Source: an uncultured Coxiellaceae bacterium
GTDB lineage: Bacteria; Myxococcota_A; Polyangia; Polyangiales; Houyiibacteriaceae
Length of the DNA stretch: 59,217 nucleotides
Assembly: GCA_964194675.1 (NCBI GenBank)
Contig: CAXMND010000193.1
Coordinates: 1 to 59,217 of the forward strand
Reading direction: 5' to 3'
Below, piece by piece: positions 47,594 to 59,217 of this stretch; the stretch's first letter is position 1; the number at the start of each line of letters is the position of its first letter. Below the pieces are notes generated by a model. It ran no database searches. It was given only the letters and a program-made list of their open reading frames with translations, and was not told where the DNA came from. The translations under genes and the position numbers were made by a program.

Positions 47594-48238
47594 TCAGCCA
47601 ATCGCTTCCTTAATACGTTCCGTGATTTCTTCCAGAGAACCGACCCCTTGCACGCCCTTCACGACACCCTTGGCTGCGTAGTGGGCTAGCACCGGCTCGG
47701 TCTTAGCTTTGTATTCCTCGTACCGCTTCCGCACGACTTCCTCGGTGTCGTCCGATCGCTGTACAATTTTCGACCCACCGCAGGAGACACACACCCCGTT
47801 TTGGGGCGGCGGACTATAGCGGACATGGTAGGTCTGTCCACAGTCGAGGCAAACCCTCCGACCGGTCACCCGATCGACGACATCCTCGAGAGGAACCTCG
47901 AGCGACACCACCCGATCGATCTTCCGGGCGAGCGTCTCGAGGAGCTGATCCAAGGCTTCGGCCTGGGCGACGGTCCTTGGATAACCATCGAAGATCGCAC
48001 CGTTTTTCGCGTCGTCCTGAGTGAGGCGCTTCTTGATCAGGTCCAGAACCAAGCTGTCAGGCACCAACTTTCCAGCTGACATGTACTCGTCGAACTTCTG
48101 CCCGAGCTCCGAACCCGACTTCCGTTCGGCGCGCATCATGTCACCGGTCGAAATCTGGGGAATACCCAAGAACTCGATCAGGAACTTGGCCTGGGTGCCC
48201 TTGCCTGCGCCGGGCGGTCCGAACAGAAGCAGATCCAT
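47594..48238 (-). CDS. adk: Adenylate kinase
   Basis: [17 protein letters not shown] and a Zn-lid CxxC pair. Confidence 0.97.
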   Translation of the reverse strand: MDLLLFGPPGAGKGTQAKFLIEFLGIPQISTGDMMRAERKSGSELGQKFDEYMSAGKLVPDSLVLDLIKKRLTQDDAKNGAIFDGYPRTVAQAEALDQLLETLARKIDRVVSLEVPLEDVVDRVTGRRVCLDCGQTYHVRYSPPPQNGVCVSCGGSKIVQRSDDTEEVVRKRYEEYKAKTEPVLAHYAAKGVVKGVQGVGSLEEITERIKEAIG

Positions 48239-49563
48239 CAGGCGTTCCTCGCGCGAATTCGGGAACCCTTGCTCCCGGTGAGGCCCTCGTAGTGACGGGT
48301 GATCAAATGGCTCTCGACCTGCTGGGCGAAGTCGAGGGCCACGCCGACCACGATCATCAGCGAGGTGCCGCCGAGATAGAAGGGCACGTTCCAGCGTGAT
48401 TGAAGAAGCGTTGGGATCGTGACGACCGCGGCGACGTAAAGGGCGCCGCCGACCGTAATTCTGGTGAGGACTGCATCGATGTATTCGGCAGTCGCTTTGC
48501 CGGGGCGTACACCCGGGATGAAGGCGCTTTGCTTCTTCAAGTTCTCCGCAACGTCCACCGGTTGGAAGGTGATCGCCGTGTAGAAGAAACAGAAGAAGAT
48601 CGTCATCGTGGCGAAGACGACGATGTATACCCAGCCACCGGGCACCAAGTTGTTACTGATCCAACGCATCGCATCCGAAACGTACGGGATGTTGGTAGCC
48701 GCCAGGGTGATCGGAAACATCAACAGCGACGACGTGAAGATCGGTGGAATGACGCCGGCCATGTTGACGCGAAGCGGTAGATGAGACTGCTGCCCTCCGT
48801 ACATCTTTCTCCCCACCATGCGTTTCGCATAGGTGATCGGCAGCCGCCTCTGAGCGCGCTCGAAAAACACGATGAACGCCGTGGTGCCGAGGGCGATCAC
48901 GATCAGCAGCATCAGGTCGATCGGCAGAAGCTCCCCGAGTTGGAATTGCTCGGCGGTCATGAAGATGGCGTCGGGAAGATTGGAGACGATACCGGCGAAA
49001 ATAATCAAGGAAATACCATTGCCGAGGCCGCGCTCGGTGATCTGCTCACCAAGCCACATCAAGAAAGAAGTGCCGGTCGTGAGCGCCAACACCGTCATCA
49101 AACGGAAGCTCCAGCCCGGATTGGAGACGATATCGCCAGCGGTCGAGCTCTCGTTCCAGCCCTCCCACAACATGGCAAGACCCATGCTCTGAAAGATACT
49201 GAGCCCAACGGTGCCGTAACGCGTGTACTGATTGATCTTCCGCTGCCCAGCTTCGCCTTCTTTCCGGAGCTCCATGAGCGAAGGCACCACGACCGTCATC
49301 AGCGACAAGATGATGCTCGCAGAGACGTAGGGCATGATGTTGAGCGCGAAAATCGACGCCTGCTCGAGCGCACCGCCGGAAAACAAGTTGAACAGGCTCA
49401 AGAACCCGCCCGACTGACCGGCCACGTACTTACGCATGGCCGCACGGTCCACGCCCGGGGTCGTGACGAAGATCCCGATCCGGTAGACAGCCAGCATACC
49501 CAGCGTGAAGAGGATTCGGCGCCGGAGCTCGGGGATTCGGAAGATGTTCGCGATGCTGCTCAT
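48238..49563 (-). CDS. secY: Preprotein translocase SecY
   Basis: [36 protein letters not shown] and FIPGVRPG motifs. Confidence 0.98.
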   Translation of the reverse strand: MSSIANIFRIPELRRRILFTLGMLAVYRIGIFVTTPGVDRAAMRKYVAGQSGGFLSLFNLFSGGALEQASIFALNIMPYVSASIILSLMTVVVPSLMELRKEGEAGQRKINQYTRYGTVGLSIFQSMGLAMLWEGWNESSTAGDIVSNPGWSFRLMTVLALTTGTSFLMWLGEQITERGLGNGISLIIFAGIVSNLPDAIFMTAEQFQLGELLPIDLMLLIVIALGTTAFIVFFERAQRRLPITYAKRMVGRKMYGGQQSHLPLRVNMAGVIPPIFTSSLLMFPITLAATNIPYVSDAMRWISNNLVPGGWVYIVVFATMTIFFCFFYTAITFQPVDVAENLKKQSAFIPGVRPGKATAEYIDAVLTRITVGGALYVAAVVTIPTLLQSRWNVPFYLGGTSLMIVVGVALDFAQQVESHLITRHYEGLTGSKGSRIRARNA

Positions 49564-49578
49564 GGATCCGTTGCAGGG

Positions 49579-50058
49579 TTAGGTAGCGCTCTTTTGCACT
49601 AGCTCGACGGTACCGCCGGCCTTTTCGATCTTTGCCGCTGCACTCGCGCTAGCCGCTTGGACCTTCACGGTGAGAGCTTTGTCCAGCTCTCCATCGCCCA
49701 GAACTTTGATGACGTCCACTTTGCGCTTGATGAGGCCTGCCTCACGGAGAGCCGCTTCGTCCACCGTGGCGCCGCTGTCAAAGCGCGCGAGATCCTTCAC
49801 GTTGATGGTGGCCACCTTCTTGGTGAAGGGGTTGGTGAACCCACGCTTTGGGACACGCCGGTAGAGCGGCATTTGCCCGCCTTCGAAGCCAAGCTTGCTG
49901 AAGTTACCGGGATGCCTTGCTTTCTGGCCCTTCTGACCATGGCCAGCCGTCTTGCCGAGGCCAGAGCCGGGGCCGCGACCTTTGCGTCGCTTACCTCGGA
50001 CTGCGCCCTCTGCCGGCCGGAGCCGCGAGAGAATGGGCGTTTCGTTTTGGTCACTCAT
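49579..50058 (-). CDS. rplO: 50S ribosomal protein L15
   Basis: GRGPGSGLGKTAG and GFEGGQMPLYRR motifs. Confidence 0.97.
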   Translation of the reverse strand: MSDQNETPILSRLRPAEGAVRGKRRKGRGPGSGLGKTAGHGQKGQKARHPGNFSKLGFEGGQMPLYRRVPKRGFTNPFTKKVATINVKDLARFDSGATVDEAALREAGLIKRKVDVIKVLGDGELDKALTVKVQAASASAAAKIEKAGGTVELVQKSAT

Positions 50059-50242
50059 TGACTTCCTCAACTTGGACGAGGTGGAGCACCTTTTTGATCA
50101 TCCCGCGGAACGACGGGGTGTTGTCGACCACGACTTCGGTGTGAGGTCCGCGGAGACCGAGGCCTTTCAGGACTCGCCGCTGCTTGTCCATCCGACCAAT
50201 CCCGCTCCGAATCTGGGTGCCTTTGAGTTTGTTCGCGCTCAT
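50051..50242 (-). CDS. rpmD: 50S ribosomal protein L30
   Basis: QIRSGIG...LGLR...NTPSFRGMIKKVLHLV. Confidence 0.95.
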   Translation of the reverse strand: MSANKLKGTQIRSGIGRMDKQRRVLKGLGLRGPHTEVVVDNTPSFRGMIKKVLHLVQVEEVNE

Positions 50243-50252
50243 GACTGCTCTC

Positions 50253-50834
50253 CTACGACTCGCTCGCCTCCGTGGAAGCCTCAGGCTCCGAAGGCCCTTG
50301 CGATTTGGGGCCATGCTCGAACTGCGTGATGTCGCCGGCGCGCCGACCGCGACGTCGAGACACGTCCTCCGGAGACTCGAGCTCCCGAAGCGCGGCAACC
50401 GTAGCATTTACGACGTTGTGCGGGTTCGTGGTGCCGAGGATCTTGGCCAGGACGTCTTTGACGCCAGCCGCCTCGAGCACGGGCCGCATCGCGCCACCCG
50501 CGATGACACCGGTACCCTCGGAAGCAGGGCGCAGAATGATGCGACCGGCACCCGCGTGGCCCACGACTCGATGGGGAATCGTACGACCGGTGAGGCGCAC
50601 TCGGAAAATATTTTTCTTCGCGCTGTCGGTACCCTTTCGGATCGACTCGGGAACTTCGTTCGCCTTGCCCATGCCGACGCCGACGTGGCCCTTGCCATCG
50701 CCAACGACGACCAAGGCGCTGAAGCTGAATCTCCTGCCACCCTTCACGACCTTTGCGACGCGGTTGATGAAGATAACGCGGTCGGTCAAGTCGTCGAGCG
50801 ACGCTGGATCAATGATTTCGTCTTTGTATGCCAT
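50253..50834 (-). CDS. rpsE: 30S ribosomal protein S5
   Basis: [24 protein letters not shown] motif. Confidence 0.98.
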   Translation of the reverse strand: MAYKDEIIDPASLDDLTDRVIFINRVAKVVKGGRRFSFSALVVVGDGKGHVGVGMGKANEVPESIRKGTDSAKKNIFRVRLTGRTIPHRVVGHAGAGRIILRPASEGTGVIAGGAMRPVLEAAGVKDVLAKILGTTNPHNVVNATVAALRELESPEDVSRRRGRRAGDITQFEHGPKSQGPSEPEASTEASES

Positions 50835-50841
50835 GCGATCC

Positions 50842-51186
50842 TCAGAACTTCAGGCCTGCTTCGCGCGCCGATTCGGCCAACGCACGAACACGTCCATGAT
50901 ATCGATACCCGCCACGATCGAAGACAACCTGCTCGACCCCTTTGTCGATGCATGCCTTGGCGACGAGGCTGCCAACTGACTTTGCGGCATCGACTTTGCT
51001 TCCGTCCGCAGCCACCGCAACGCTGGACGCAGCAGCGATGGTACGGCCGCCAACGTCGTCGATGACCTGCGCGTAAATGTGCTTCGCGCTCCGAAAGACG
51101 GACAGACGCGGACGCTCGGAGGTACCGTGTACCTTTTTGCGAATCCGCAATCTGCGCCGTGCGCGCCCTCTGAGATTTTTCCGCAT
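50842..51186 (-). CDS. rplR: 50S ribosomal protein L18
   Basis: RPRLSVFRS and [13 protein letters not shown] motifs. Confidence 0.97.
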   Translation of the reverse strand: MRKNLRGRARRRLRIRKKVHGTSERPRLSVFRSAKHIYAQVIDDVGGRTIAAASSVAVAADGSKVDAAKSVGSLVAKACIDKGVEQVVFDRGGYRYHGRVRALAESAREAGLKF

Positions 51187-51188
51187 GA

Positions 51189-51782
51189 TCAGCCTGCGGC
51201 CTTTCCGGCCTTGCCTGCCTTCTCTTTGACGTGCTCGCCGGTGTATCGAATCCCTTTACCGTTGTAGGGCTCTGGCGGTCGAATCTGTCGAATGCGCGCT
51301 GCAACTCGCCCGACGAGTTGCTTATCTGCCGACTCGAGATGGACGCGCGGAAACTTGGTGCCGGCCTCGTCGATCGTCTCGACCTTGACGGTAACCGTCT
51401 GCGGGATGTCGAGAAGCGGCTGGTGCGAGAGACCGACCGTCATCTTGAGTTGGCCGTTCTTGAACTCCGCACGATAACCGACCCCACGAAAATCAAGGGA
51501 CCGCTTGTACCCAGAAGCCACGCCCTCGACCATGTTGTTGAGGATGGCGCGCGTGAGGCCTTGATACTGAAGGCCGAGCTTACCGGCGCCGACCGCGGGG
51601 ATCACGGTGATCTTCCCTTCCTGCTGCTCGACCACCACCTCCGAGGGAACGATGTGCTTGAGCTCGCCTTTGGGCCCCTTCGCGGTGACTTCCTTGCCAC
51701 TGATCGTGACCTGGACCCCTTGTACGACCTCGACGGGCTTCTTGCCGTTTCGGGACTGTTTTCCTGTATGCGTTTCGGTCAT
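51189..51782 (-). CDS. rplF: 50S ribosomal protein L6
   Basis: KGPKGEL, GVGYRA and [13 protein letters not shown] motifs. Confidence 0.97.
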   Translation of the reverse strand: MTETHTGKQSRNGKKPVEVVQGVQVTISGKEVTAKGPKGELKHIVPSEVVVEQQEGKITVIPAVGAGKLGLQYQGLTRAILNNMVEGVASGYKRSLDFRGVGYRAEFKNGQLKMTVGLSHQPLLDIPQTVTVKVETIDEAGTKFPRVHLESADKQLVGRVAARIRQIRPPEPYNGKGIRYTGEHVKEKAGKAGKAAG

Positions 51783-52174
51783 CACCAAACCTCGCACAAC
51801 ACCTCGCCGCCCACGCGCTTAGTGCGCGCGTCGCGGTCGGTCATGATGCCGGCGGACGTCGATAAGATCGCAACGCCCATGCCGTTTTGCACGCGTGGAA
51901 TGTTTCTGTGACCTACGTAGAAGCGTCGCCCCGGACGGCTCGCTCGGCGCATCCCTACGAATGCGCTTTCGCGATCACGACTGTACTTGAGGACGATGGT
52001 AAGACTTTTCTGCACGCCATCTTCCACGCTGTAATCGTCGATGAAGCCCTCCTGCTTCAGAATCTCGGCAAGCTGCTGCTTCAGATTCGAAGAGGGGAGT
52101 ATTGTTTTCTCATGCTGGGCCTGAGCGGCATTTCGGATGCGCGTCAGCATGTCAGCGATTGGATCGGTCATCAT
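51782..52174 (-). CDS. rpsH: 30S ribosomal protein S8
   Basis: MTDPIADMLTRIRNA and GGEVLCEVW motifs. Confidence 0.98.
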   Translation of the reverse strand: MMTDPIADMLTRIRNAAQAQHEKTILPSSNLKQQLAEILKQEGFIDDYSVEDGVQKSLTIVLKYSRDRESAFVGMRRASRPGRRFYVGHRNIPRVQNGMGVAILSTSAGIMTDRDARTKRVGGEVLCEVW

Positions 52175-52185
52175 GACTGCACCTC

Positions 52186-52371
52186 CTACCAGCTCGACTT
52201 CGTGACCCCGGGGATATCCCCGGAGAGAGCGTATTTACGCAGACAGATGCGGCACATCTCGAACTTGCGGTAGTACCCTCGCGGCCGCCCGCAGACTTTG
52301 CACCGGTTACGGTGTCGCACCGAAAACTTCGGTGTCTTTTCCATTTTGGCAAATGCTCGCTTGCTAGCCAT
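52186..52371 (-). CDS. rpsN: 30S ribosomal protein S14 (short, Zn-binding type)
   Basis: [24 protein letters not shown]. Confidence 0.97.
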   Translation of the reverse strand: MASKRAFAKMEKTPKFSVRHRNRCKVCGRPRGYYRKFEMCRICLRKYALSGDIPGVTKSSW

Positions 52372-52379
52372 CTGCGTCC

Positions 52380-52931
52380 TCAGTTCCTGAAGGGCATGCC
52401 GAGCGATCGGAGCAAGGCACGTCCCTGGTCATCGTTTTGTGCTGTCGTTACAAAGGTCACGTTCATACCTTTGATACGGTCGATTCTGTCGTAGTTGATC
52501 TCTGGGAAGACGATCTGCTCTTTGATGCCGAGCGTGTAGTTGCCTCGGCCGTCGAACGCCTTCGGGCTGGCTCCCTTGAAGTCGCGTGTGCGTGGAAGCG
52601 CGATGGACACCAAGCGATCCAGGAACTCGTACATCTGGTCGCCGCGGAGAGTCACCATCACGCCGATCGGCATGCCCTCGCGCAACTTGAAGTTAGCGAT
52701 CGACTTCTTGGCCCGGGTCGCGACCGGCTTGCGACCGGTGATTGCGGTCAGCTCCTCGGTGGCCGACTCGATCACCTTGGCGTTTTGCACCGCCTCGCCG
52801 AGCCCCATGTTGACGACGATCCGGTCGAGCTTCGGAACCTGCATGACGTTGCTGAAGCCGAAGTCCTTCATCAGCCGAGGGACGACCTCGTCTTTGTATT
52901 TCTTTTTGAGTCGGGCTTCGTATTCACTCAT
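52380..52931 (-). CDS. rplE: 50S ribosomal protein L5
   Basis: [18 protein letters not shown] and [10 protein letters not shown] motifs. Confidence 0.98.
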   Translation of the reverse strand: MSEYEARLKKKYKDEVVPRLMKDFGFSNVMQVPKLDRIVVNMGLGEAVQNAKVIESATEELTAITGRKPVATRAKKSIANFKLREGMPIGVMVTLRGDQMYEFLDRLVSIALPRTRDFKGASPKAFDGRGNYTLGIKEQIVFPEINYDRIDRIKGMNVTFVTTAQNDDQGRALLRSLGMPFRN

Positions 52932-52944
52932 GACAACACTCCGA

Positions 52945-53265
52945 TCAATCCAGGACCGAGCCGCTCTTCACGGCTACGCGGACGCGCTTGTTTGGGTCCT
53001 TTTTGTCGGCTTCGATGCGGACGCGGGTGCGTTGCTCGGTTTTCGGGTCGACCAGCATTACGTTCGACGCGTGGATCGGCATTTCTTTCTCGATGATGCC
53101 CGCTTCGCGAAACTTCCGTGCACTCTGATGACGCTTTGCTCGGTTGACGCCTTCGACCAGGAGCAGATCGGCGCGGACTACCTGGAGGACACGGCCTTTT
53201 TCGCCTCTGTCCTTGCCAGCAATGACCTGCACGAGATCGCCCTTCTTGATGCGCGCCGTCATCAC
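52945..53265 (-). CDS. rplX: 50S ribosomal protein L24
   Basis: [16 protein letters not shown] and EMPIHASNV motifs. Confidence 0.97.
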   Translation of the reverse strand: MMTARIKKGDLVQVIAGKDRGEKGRVLQVVRADLLLVEGVNRAKRHQSARKFREAGIIEKEMPIHASNVMLVDPKTEQRTRVRIEADKKDPNKRVRVAVKSGSVLD

Positions 53266-53630
53266 ACCACCTCCGGCGCTAGCGAAACGATCTTCATGAA
53301 GCGCTTCGCCCGAAGCTCACGAGCGACGGGGCCGAAGATACGGGTGCCGATCGGCTCGTTTTCCTTGGTGATCAGCACGGCGCTGTTCGTGTCGAACTTG
53401 ATGTATGTGCCGTCGGGGCGCTGATATTCGCGCTTGGTGCGCACGACAACCGCACGGGCCACCTCGCCCTTCTTCACGCGAGCGGTCGGGAGGGCCTCCT
53501 TGATGGACACGACGATGACGTCGCCCAGTCCGGCATACCGACGGCGCGATCCACCGAGCACCTTGATGCAGGCCACTCGCTTGGCGCCGCTGTTGTCGGC
53601 CACATCCAGCTGTGTTTCGGCCTGAATCAT
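53262..53630 (-). CDS. rplN: 50S ribosomal protein L14
   Basis: [17 protein letters not shown] and [13 protein letters not shown] motifs. Confidence 0.98.
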   Translation of the reverse strand: MIQAETQLDVADNSGAKRVACIKVLGGSRRRYAGLGDVIVVSIKEALPTARVKKGEVARAVVVRTKREYQRPDGTYIKFDTNSAVLITKENEPIGTRIFGPVARELRAKRFMKIVSLAPEVV

Positions 53631-53632
53631 CG

Positions 53633-53986
53633 TTACACCTCCGGCGGCCGTTCGACTAAGCGCACGACCTCCCAACGCTTCGTCTTCGAACGCGGCCTAC
53701 AGGCGCGGATCTCGACGACGTCGTTCTTGCGATACTCGTTGTTCTCGTCGTGCGCGTGGAACTTCTTCTTGTGCTTGACGTACTTCGTGTAGAAGGGGTC
53801 TCGCGCGCGGCGGATGACCTCCACCACGACCGTCTGCTTCGCGCGTCCCTCGGACTGCGTCTCGTTGACGACACGTCCGACCAAACGACGACGACGGGCT
53901 CGCTCTTTGACGACCTTAGGCGTTCGTGTGGGGGCGGTGGGGTGAGACATGTCACTGGCGGGCGTCGACGTGTTCTGACTGGTCAT
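53633..53986 (-). CDS. rpsQ: 30S ribosomal protein S17
   Basis: [10 protein letters not shown] and [10 protein letters not shown] motifs; N-terminal extension. Confidence 0.93.
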   Translation of the reverse strand: MTSQNTSTPASDMSHPTAPTRTPKVVKERARRRRLVGRVVNETQSEGRAKQTVVVEVIRRARDPFYTKYVKHKKKFHAHDENNEYRKNDVVEIRACRPRSKTKRWEVVRLVERPPEV

Positions 53987-53991
53987 GGCCC

Positions 53992-54207
53992 TTACTCCTT
54001 GCTCCCGGCGGCTGCCCCGGTGGCGTGACGCTCGGTAAGAATGGTTTTCACGCGAGCGAGATCTCGGCGAAGCTTCTGAATCGAGCTCGTGTTATCGAGC
54101 TGACTCGAGTGGTTGTCGAACTGCGCCTTCCAAAGTTGGCGGCGAAGGTCCCCTTCCATGGTCGAGAGCTCCTCGGTGCTGCTCTCACGAATGTCGGCGG
54201 CCTTCAT
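53992..54207 (-). CDS. rpmC: 50S ribosomal protein L29
   Basis: MKAADIRE...[13 protein letters not shown]; expected position in the cluster. Confidence 0.95.
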   Translation of the reverse strand: MKAADIRESSTEELSTMEGDLRRQLWKAQFDNHSSQLDNTSSIQKLRRDLARVKTILTERHATGAAAGSKE

Positions 54208-54620
54208 AGTTCGGCATCCCTCGACCGGAAGGTCGTCTTGACCGACAGTTTGTGTGCCGCTAGTTGGAAGGCCTCGCGCGCGAGATCCTCAGGGACACCC
54301 TGGATCTCGTACAACATCCGGCCCGGCTTGATGACTGCGACCCAGCCTTCGATGGGGCCCTTGCCCTTGCCCATTCGAGTTTCGAGCGGCTTCTTGGTGA
54401 TCGGCTTGTCTGGGAAGATGCGAATGAAGAGCTTGCCCTGACGCTTGACCTTACGCTGAATCGTCATACGAGCAGCTTCGATCTGACGCTGGCTAATCCG
54501 ACCTGGCTCCAATGCCTGAAGCCCGAAGTCGCCGAACGAGACCTTGCTACCGCGATAGGCCTTTCCGCGCATGCGGCCTTTCATCATCTTGCGGAATTTG
54601 GTTTTCTTTGGTTGAAGCAT
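54204..54620 (-). CDS. rplP: 50S ribosomal protein L16
   Basis: [11 protein letters not shown] and RMGKGKG motifs. Confidence 0.98.
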   Translation of the reverse strand: MLQPKKTKFRKMMKGRMRGKAYRGSKVSFGDFGLQALEPGRISQRQIEAARMTIQRKVKRQGKLFIRIFPDKPITKKPLETRMGKGKGPIEGWVAVIKPGRMLYEIQGVPEDLAREAFQLAAHKLSVKTTFRSRDAEL

Positions 54621-54629
54621 GACTCGTCC

Positions 54630-55292
54630 TTAGGCCCGAGCTCCCGGCGCCCCGGCACCCGGACGTTGCGGCAGTTGCTCGCCCTTGAAGATCCAGCACT
54701 TGATACCGACAGTTCCTGCCTTCGTGTGCGCGGTCACCTCGCCGTAGTCGATGTCCGCACGGAGCGTGTGGAGAGGCACGCGCCCCTCGCGGTACCACTC
54801 GGTACGAGCGATCTCGGAACCACCAAGACGACCTCCAGCCGTGACTCGGATGCCCTTCACACCGAACTTCATCGCGGTCGACACAGCCTTCTTCATGGCC
54901 CGACGGAACGCGACGCGACGCTCGAGTTGAGTCGCGATGTTCTCGGCCACCAGCTGCGCGTTGGTTTCGGCCTTACGCACCTCTTGGATGTCGAGGAAGA
55001 GCTCGTTGTCGGTGAGCTTCTGAAGCTCGGCCTTGAGCTGCTCGACCCCGGCGCCACGCTTTCCGATGATGATCCCCGGACGCGAGGTGTAAATGACCAC
55101 CTTGGCCTTGTTGGCCGCACGCTCCATTTCGATCTCGGCAATGCCCGCATGCGCAAACTTCTTCCGAATGGCGCGCTTGAGTTTCAGGTCTTCATGAAGC
55201 CACTTGGCGTAGTTCTTGTCCTCGTACCATTTGGACTTCCACGTCTTCACGACGCCGAGACGGAAACCATAAGGATGTACTTTCTGGCCCAC
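54630..55292 (-). CDS. rpsC: 30S ribosomal protein S3
   Basis: [13 protein letters not shown] and [14 protein letters not shown] motifs. Confidence 0.98.
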   Translation of the reverse strand: MGQKVHPYGFRLGVVKTWKSKWYEDKNYAKWLHEDLKLKRAIRKKFAHAGIAEIEMERAANKAKVVIYTSRPGIIIGKRGAGVEQLKAELQKLTDNELFLDIQEVRKAETNAQLVAENIATQLERRVAFRRAMKKAVSTAMKFGVKGIRVTAGGRLGGSEIARTEWYREGRVPLHTLRADIDYGEVTAHTKAGTVGIKCWIFKGEQLPQRPGAGAPGARA

Positions 55293-55295
55293 GAT

Positions 55296-55646
55296 CTAGC
55301 TCTCTTCCCCATCACTCACGACGACGGTGATGTGACTTAATCCCTTGACGATGCGCGTAGCGCGGCCCTGTGCGCGAGGTCGCCAACGACGCATATGCTG
55401 GTTCGGCGCCATGTCGGCGAAAGCCGTCCTGACGAAGAGCTCATCGAGATTGACCTCTTCGTCTTTTTGCCTGGCGTTCGCAATCGCGCTCCCAATGACC
55501 TTCGCCACGATGGGTGCGGCGGACTTGGTCGTGAAGCGAAGCTCGTTGAGCGCCTCGGCCACGTTCTTGCCACGCACCATGTTGAGCACCACGCGGGCCT
55601 TACGAGGCGAAATCCTCTGAAACCGTGCTTTTGCGACCGCTTCCAT
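55296..55646 (-). CDS. rplV: 50S ribosomal protein L22
   Basis: RISPRKAR, SAIANA and RPRAQGRA motifs. Confidence 0.97.
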   Translation of the reverse strand: MEAVAKARFQRISPRKARVVLNMVRGKNVAEALNELRFTTKSAAPIVAKVIGSAIANARQKDEEVNLDELFVRTAFADMAPNQHMRRWRPRAQGRATRIVKGLSHITVVVSDGEES

Positions 55647-55648
55647 GG

Positions 55649-55951
55649 TCACCTCTTACCCGTCTGCGGGTTGATCTTGCGACCGCCCTTCTTGTCAGAA
55701 GCGTGACCGCCGAACGTCCTCGTCGGTGCGAACTCTCCGAGCTTGTGGCCGACCATGTTTTCTGTGACGAACACGGTCACGAACTTGCGCCCATTGTGGA
55801 CGGCGAACGTCTGTCCGACGAAATCAGGAGTCACAGTCGAACGGCGTGACCACGTGCGGATCATCTTCCTGTCGCCCGACTTGTTCGCCGCCTCGACTTT
55901 GGCCTCGAGGCCTTCGTCGATGAACGGTCCCTTTCTTACTGAACGCGCCAT
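55649..55951 (-). CDS. rpsS: 30S ribosomal protein S19
   Basis: [14 protein letters not shown] and [13 protein letters not shown] motifs. Confidence 0.98.
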   Translation of the reverse strand: MARSVRKGPFIDEGLEAKVEAANKSGDRKMIRTWSRRSTVTPDFVGQTFAVHNGRKFVTVFVTENMVGHKLGEFAPTRTFGGHASDKKGGRKINPQTGKR

Positions 55952-56781
55952 TACTTCTTCTTCCGCCGGCGAACGATGTACTTGTCAGTCGCCTTGTTCT
56001 TTCTTGTCTTCAAACCTTTGGCAAGCTGTCCCCATGGGGAGCACGGGTGACGTCCACCTGCCGTGCGACCCTCACCACCACCCATGGGGTGGTCGACCGG
56101 GTTCATGGTCGTGCCGCGGTTGTGTGGACGACGACCGAGCCAACGATTGCGGCCCGCCTTCCCGAGCGTGAGTCGGGCGTGAAGCGAATTGCTCACTTGA
56201 CCCACGGTGGCGCGGCAGTTGAGGTGCACCATCCGGACCTCGCCGGAAGGCAAACGAAGCTGGGCATAGTCGCCGTCCTTCGCCATCAGCTGAGCTGCAG
56301 TGCCCGCCGAACGGACTAGCTGGGCGCCCTTGCCGATCTTGAGCTCGATGGCGTGAATCATCGTGCCAAGCGGCATGTGACGAAGCGGCATCGCATTGCC
56401 GGGCTTCACGTCGGCGTAGCGAGAAGAAAGCACCTGCTGGCCAACCTCGAGCCCATCTGGAGCGAGGATATAGGCCTTTTCGCCGTCCGCGTACCAGACC
56501 AGCGCGATGCGGGCCGAGCGGTTGGGGTCGTACTCGATCGTCCTCACGGTGCCGGGCACGCCGATCTTGCTCCGCTTGAAGTCGATCTTGCGGTACCGCC
56601 GCTTATGACCGCCACCGCGAAAGCGCGATGTGATGCGGCCCTGGTTGTTTCGGCCCGCTGTCTGCTTCTTCGAGTCGAGGAGCTTCTTCTCGGGCTTGTT
56701 GCCCCGAGTGATCATATCGAAGTCGGGTGCTTCGTAGAAGCGGCGCGACGGCGAGGTCGGTTTGGACTTACGGATGGCCAT
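55951..56781 (-). CDS. rplB: 50S ribosomal protein L2
   Basis: IEYDPNRSA and [13 protein letters not shown] motifs. Confidence 0.98.
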   Translation of the reverse strand: MAIRKSKPTSPSRRFYEAPDFDMITRGNKPEKKLLDSKKQTAGRNNQGRITSRFRGGGHKRRYRKIDFKRSKIGVPGTVRTIEYDPNRSARIALVWYADGEKAYILAPDGLEVGQQVLSSRYADVKPGNAMPLRHMPLGTMIHAIELKIGKGAQLVRSAGTAAQLMAKDGDYAQLRLPSGEVRMVHLNCRATVGQVSNSLHARLTLGKAGRNRWLGRRPHNRGTTMNPVDHPMGGGEGRTAGGRHPCSPWGQLAKGLKTRKNKATDKYIVRRRKKK

Positions 56782-56783
56782 GA

Positions 56784-57074
56784 TCAGGCTCCCTCGAAGA
56801 AGTCGATCGTTTCGCCCTCACGGAGCGTCACGACGGCTTTCTTCCAGTTGCGGGTTTTGGCGTAACCCTTGCCCATGCGACGCATGTGACCGCGCATGAT
56901 CAGCGTGTGCACATTATCGACGGTCACCTTGAACAGGGTCTCGATTGCAGCCTTGATTTGCATCTTGTTCGCGTCGAGATCGACCTCGAACGTGTACTTG
57001 TTCTGCTCCTCGCGGAGCTTCGCGCCCTTCTCGGTGAGGTAGAGGGGTCGCTTGACTACGTCTTCGACGTGCAT
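56784..57074 (-). CDS. rplW: 50S ribosomal protein L23
   Basis: LTEKG, YTFEV and WKKAVVTL motifs. Confidence 0.97.
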   Translation of the reverse strand: MHVEDVVKRPLYLTEKGAKLREEQNKYTFEVDLDANKMQIKAAIETLFKVTVDNVHTLIMRGHMRRMGKGYAKTRNWKKAVVTLREGETIDFFEGA

Positions 57075-57697
57075 CACTGACACCTCGCTTCCAGAGCCTC
57101 GACCGCCGTCTCGGTGAGCACGAGATGCTCGTGACGAAGCAGATCGTAGAGGTTCACGCCCTCAGGCGGAAGAACCGAGTAGTTCTGCAGGTTTCGTGCA
57201 CTCAGGCGCAGCTTCTCGTTTTCCTTGCCGTCGACGATGAGCGCACCGCTATCCACCTGCAGTTTGGCCAAGACTTCGGCAAGCTTCTTGGTCTTGACTT
57301 CTTTGAGCTTGAAATCTTTGACGACCAAGAGTCGGCCTTCACGAAGTTTGAGGCTCAAGGCACCCTTGAGCGCACCGAGTCGCATCTTCCGAGGCGGCCG
57401 GTAGCTAAAATCACGTGGTTTCGGGCCATGGACCGTACCGCCACCGACGAAGATTGGCGCGCGGCGGGAGCCGTGACGCGCGTTACCGGTACCCTTCTGC
57501 TTGTACATCTTGCGGTTCGTCGCCGTAACCTCGGCCCGTGTCTGGGCCGAAGCGGCGCCCTTGCGATGGCTCGCAAGCTGCGCTTTCAGAACATCATAGA
57601 AGAGGTTCTCGTTCACCTTGGCATCGAAGACATGGTCCGAGAGATCGATCTCCCCGACACCCTTCTTACTCAAGTTGTAAACCTTTACCTTGGGCAT
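57074..57697 (-). CDS. rplD: 50S ribosomal protein L4
   Basis: QKGTGNARHGS and GGGTVHGPKPR motifs. Confidence 0.97.
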   Translation of the reverse strand: MPKVKVYNLSKKGVGEIDLSDHVFDAKVNENLFYDVLKAQLASHRKGAASAQTRAEVTATNRKMYKQKGTGNARHGSRRAPIFVGGGTVHGPKPRDFSYRPPRKMRLGALKGALSLKLREGRLLVVKDFKLKEVKTKKLAEVLAKLQVDSGALIVDGKENEKLRLSARNLQNYSVLPPEGVNLYDLLRHEHLVLTETAVEALEARCQ

Positions 57698-57709
57698 GAA
57701 CCTACCGCC

Positions 57710-58018
57710 TTACGACTTGATCTCCACGTCGACGCCCGCCGAAAGATCGAGCTTCATGAGGGCGTCGAGGGTTTGCTGAGTGGGGTCCAAGATGTCCAAT
57801 AGCCGCTTGTGAGTCCTAATCTCGAATTGTTCCCGTGACTTTTTGTCGACGTGGGGCCCACGCAGCACGGTGTACTTGTTGATGCGCGTAGGCAGCGGAA
57901 TCGGACCCGCGACCCGCGCACCAGTGCGCTTCGCTGTGTCGACGATTTCTGTCGCCGATTGGTCTAGCAACCGGTGATCGTAAGCCTTGAGTCGAATCCG
58001 AATCTTGTTCGATGCCAT
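57710..58018 (-). CDS. rpsJ: 30S ribosomal protein S10
   Basis: [15 protein letters not shown] and [13 protein letters not shown] motifs. Confidence 0.98.
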   Translation of the reverse strand: MASNKIRIRLKAYDHRLLDQSATEIVDTAKRTGARVAGPIPLPTRINKYTVLRGPHVDKKSREQFEIRTHKRLLDILDPTQQTLDALMKLDLSAGVDVEIKS

Positions 58019-58022
58019 TGTT

Positions 58023-59213
<1,191 letters not shown>

Positions 59214-59217
59214 CGTT

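Overview
GC-rich bacterial chromosome segment, most likely from a myxobacterium (Myxococcota, Polyangiales-like). This is inferred from the MYXO-CTERM-like tail, the Gly-rich lipoproteins and the EF-Tu variant. The right third (about 39.9-59.2 kb) is translation core: tuf, the S10-spc-alpha ribosomal cluster, rpmE, prfA and arfB. That cluster lacks rplC, rpsD, map and infA, and the EF-Tu has an atypical switch-I region. The left 40 kb is accessory or metabolic. Best candidate new systems: (1) an operon of a thermonuclease/OB-fold lipoprotein, a triple lamin-tail-domain lipoprotein and a ComEA-type HhH outer-membrane barrel, possibly for extracellular DNA capture; (2) a luciferase-free class-III aminotransferase + LuxE + LuxC operon, possibly an acid-to-aldehyde-to-amine route; (3) an mcl/CitE/SucCD-like/ferredoxin operon whose beta subunit has a degenerate ATP-grasp site; (4) tandem PHM/DBH-like copper monooxygenase lipoproteins. 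Also present: tRNA-Phe, a triple TetR operator, a 128-bp palindromic MITE-like element, dispersed hexamer-repeat blocks and two frameshifted genes. No CRISPR array, rRNA, integrase or transposase was seen. All calls come from reading motifs by eye; no database searches were run.
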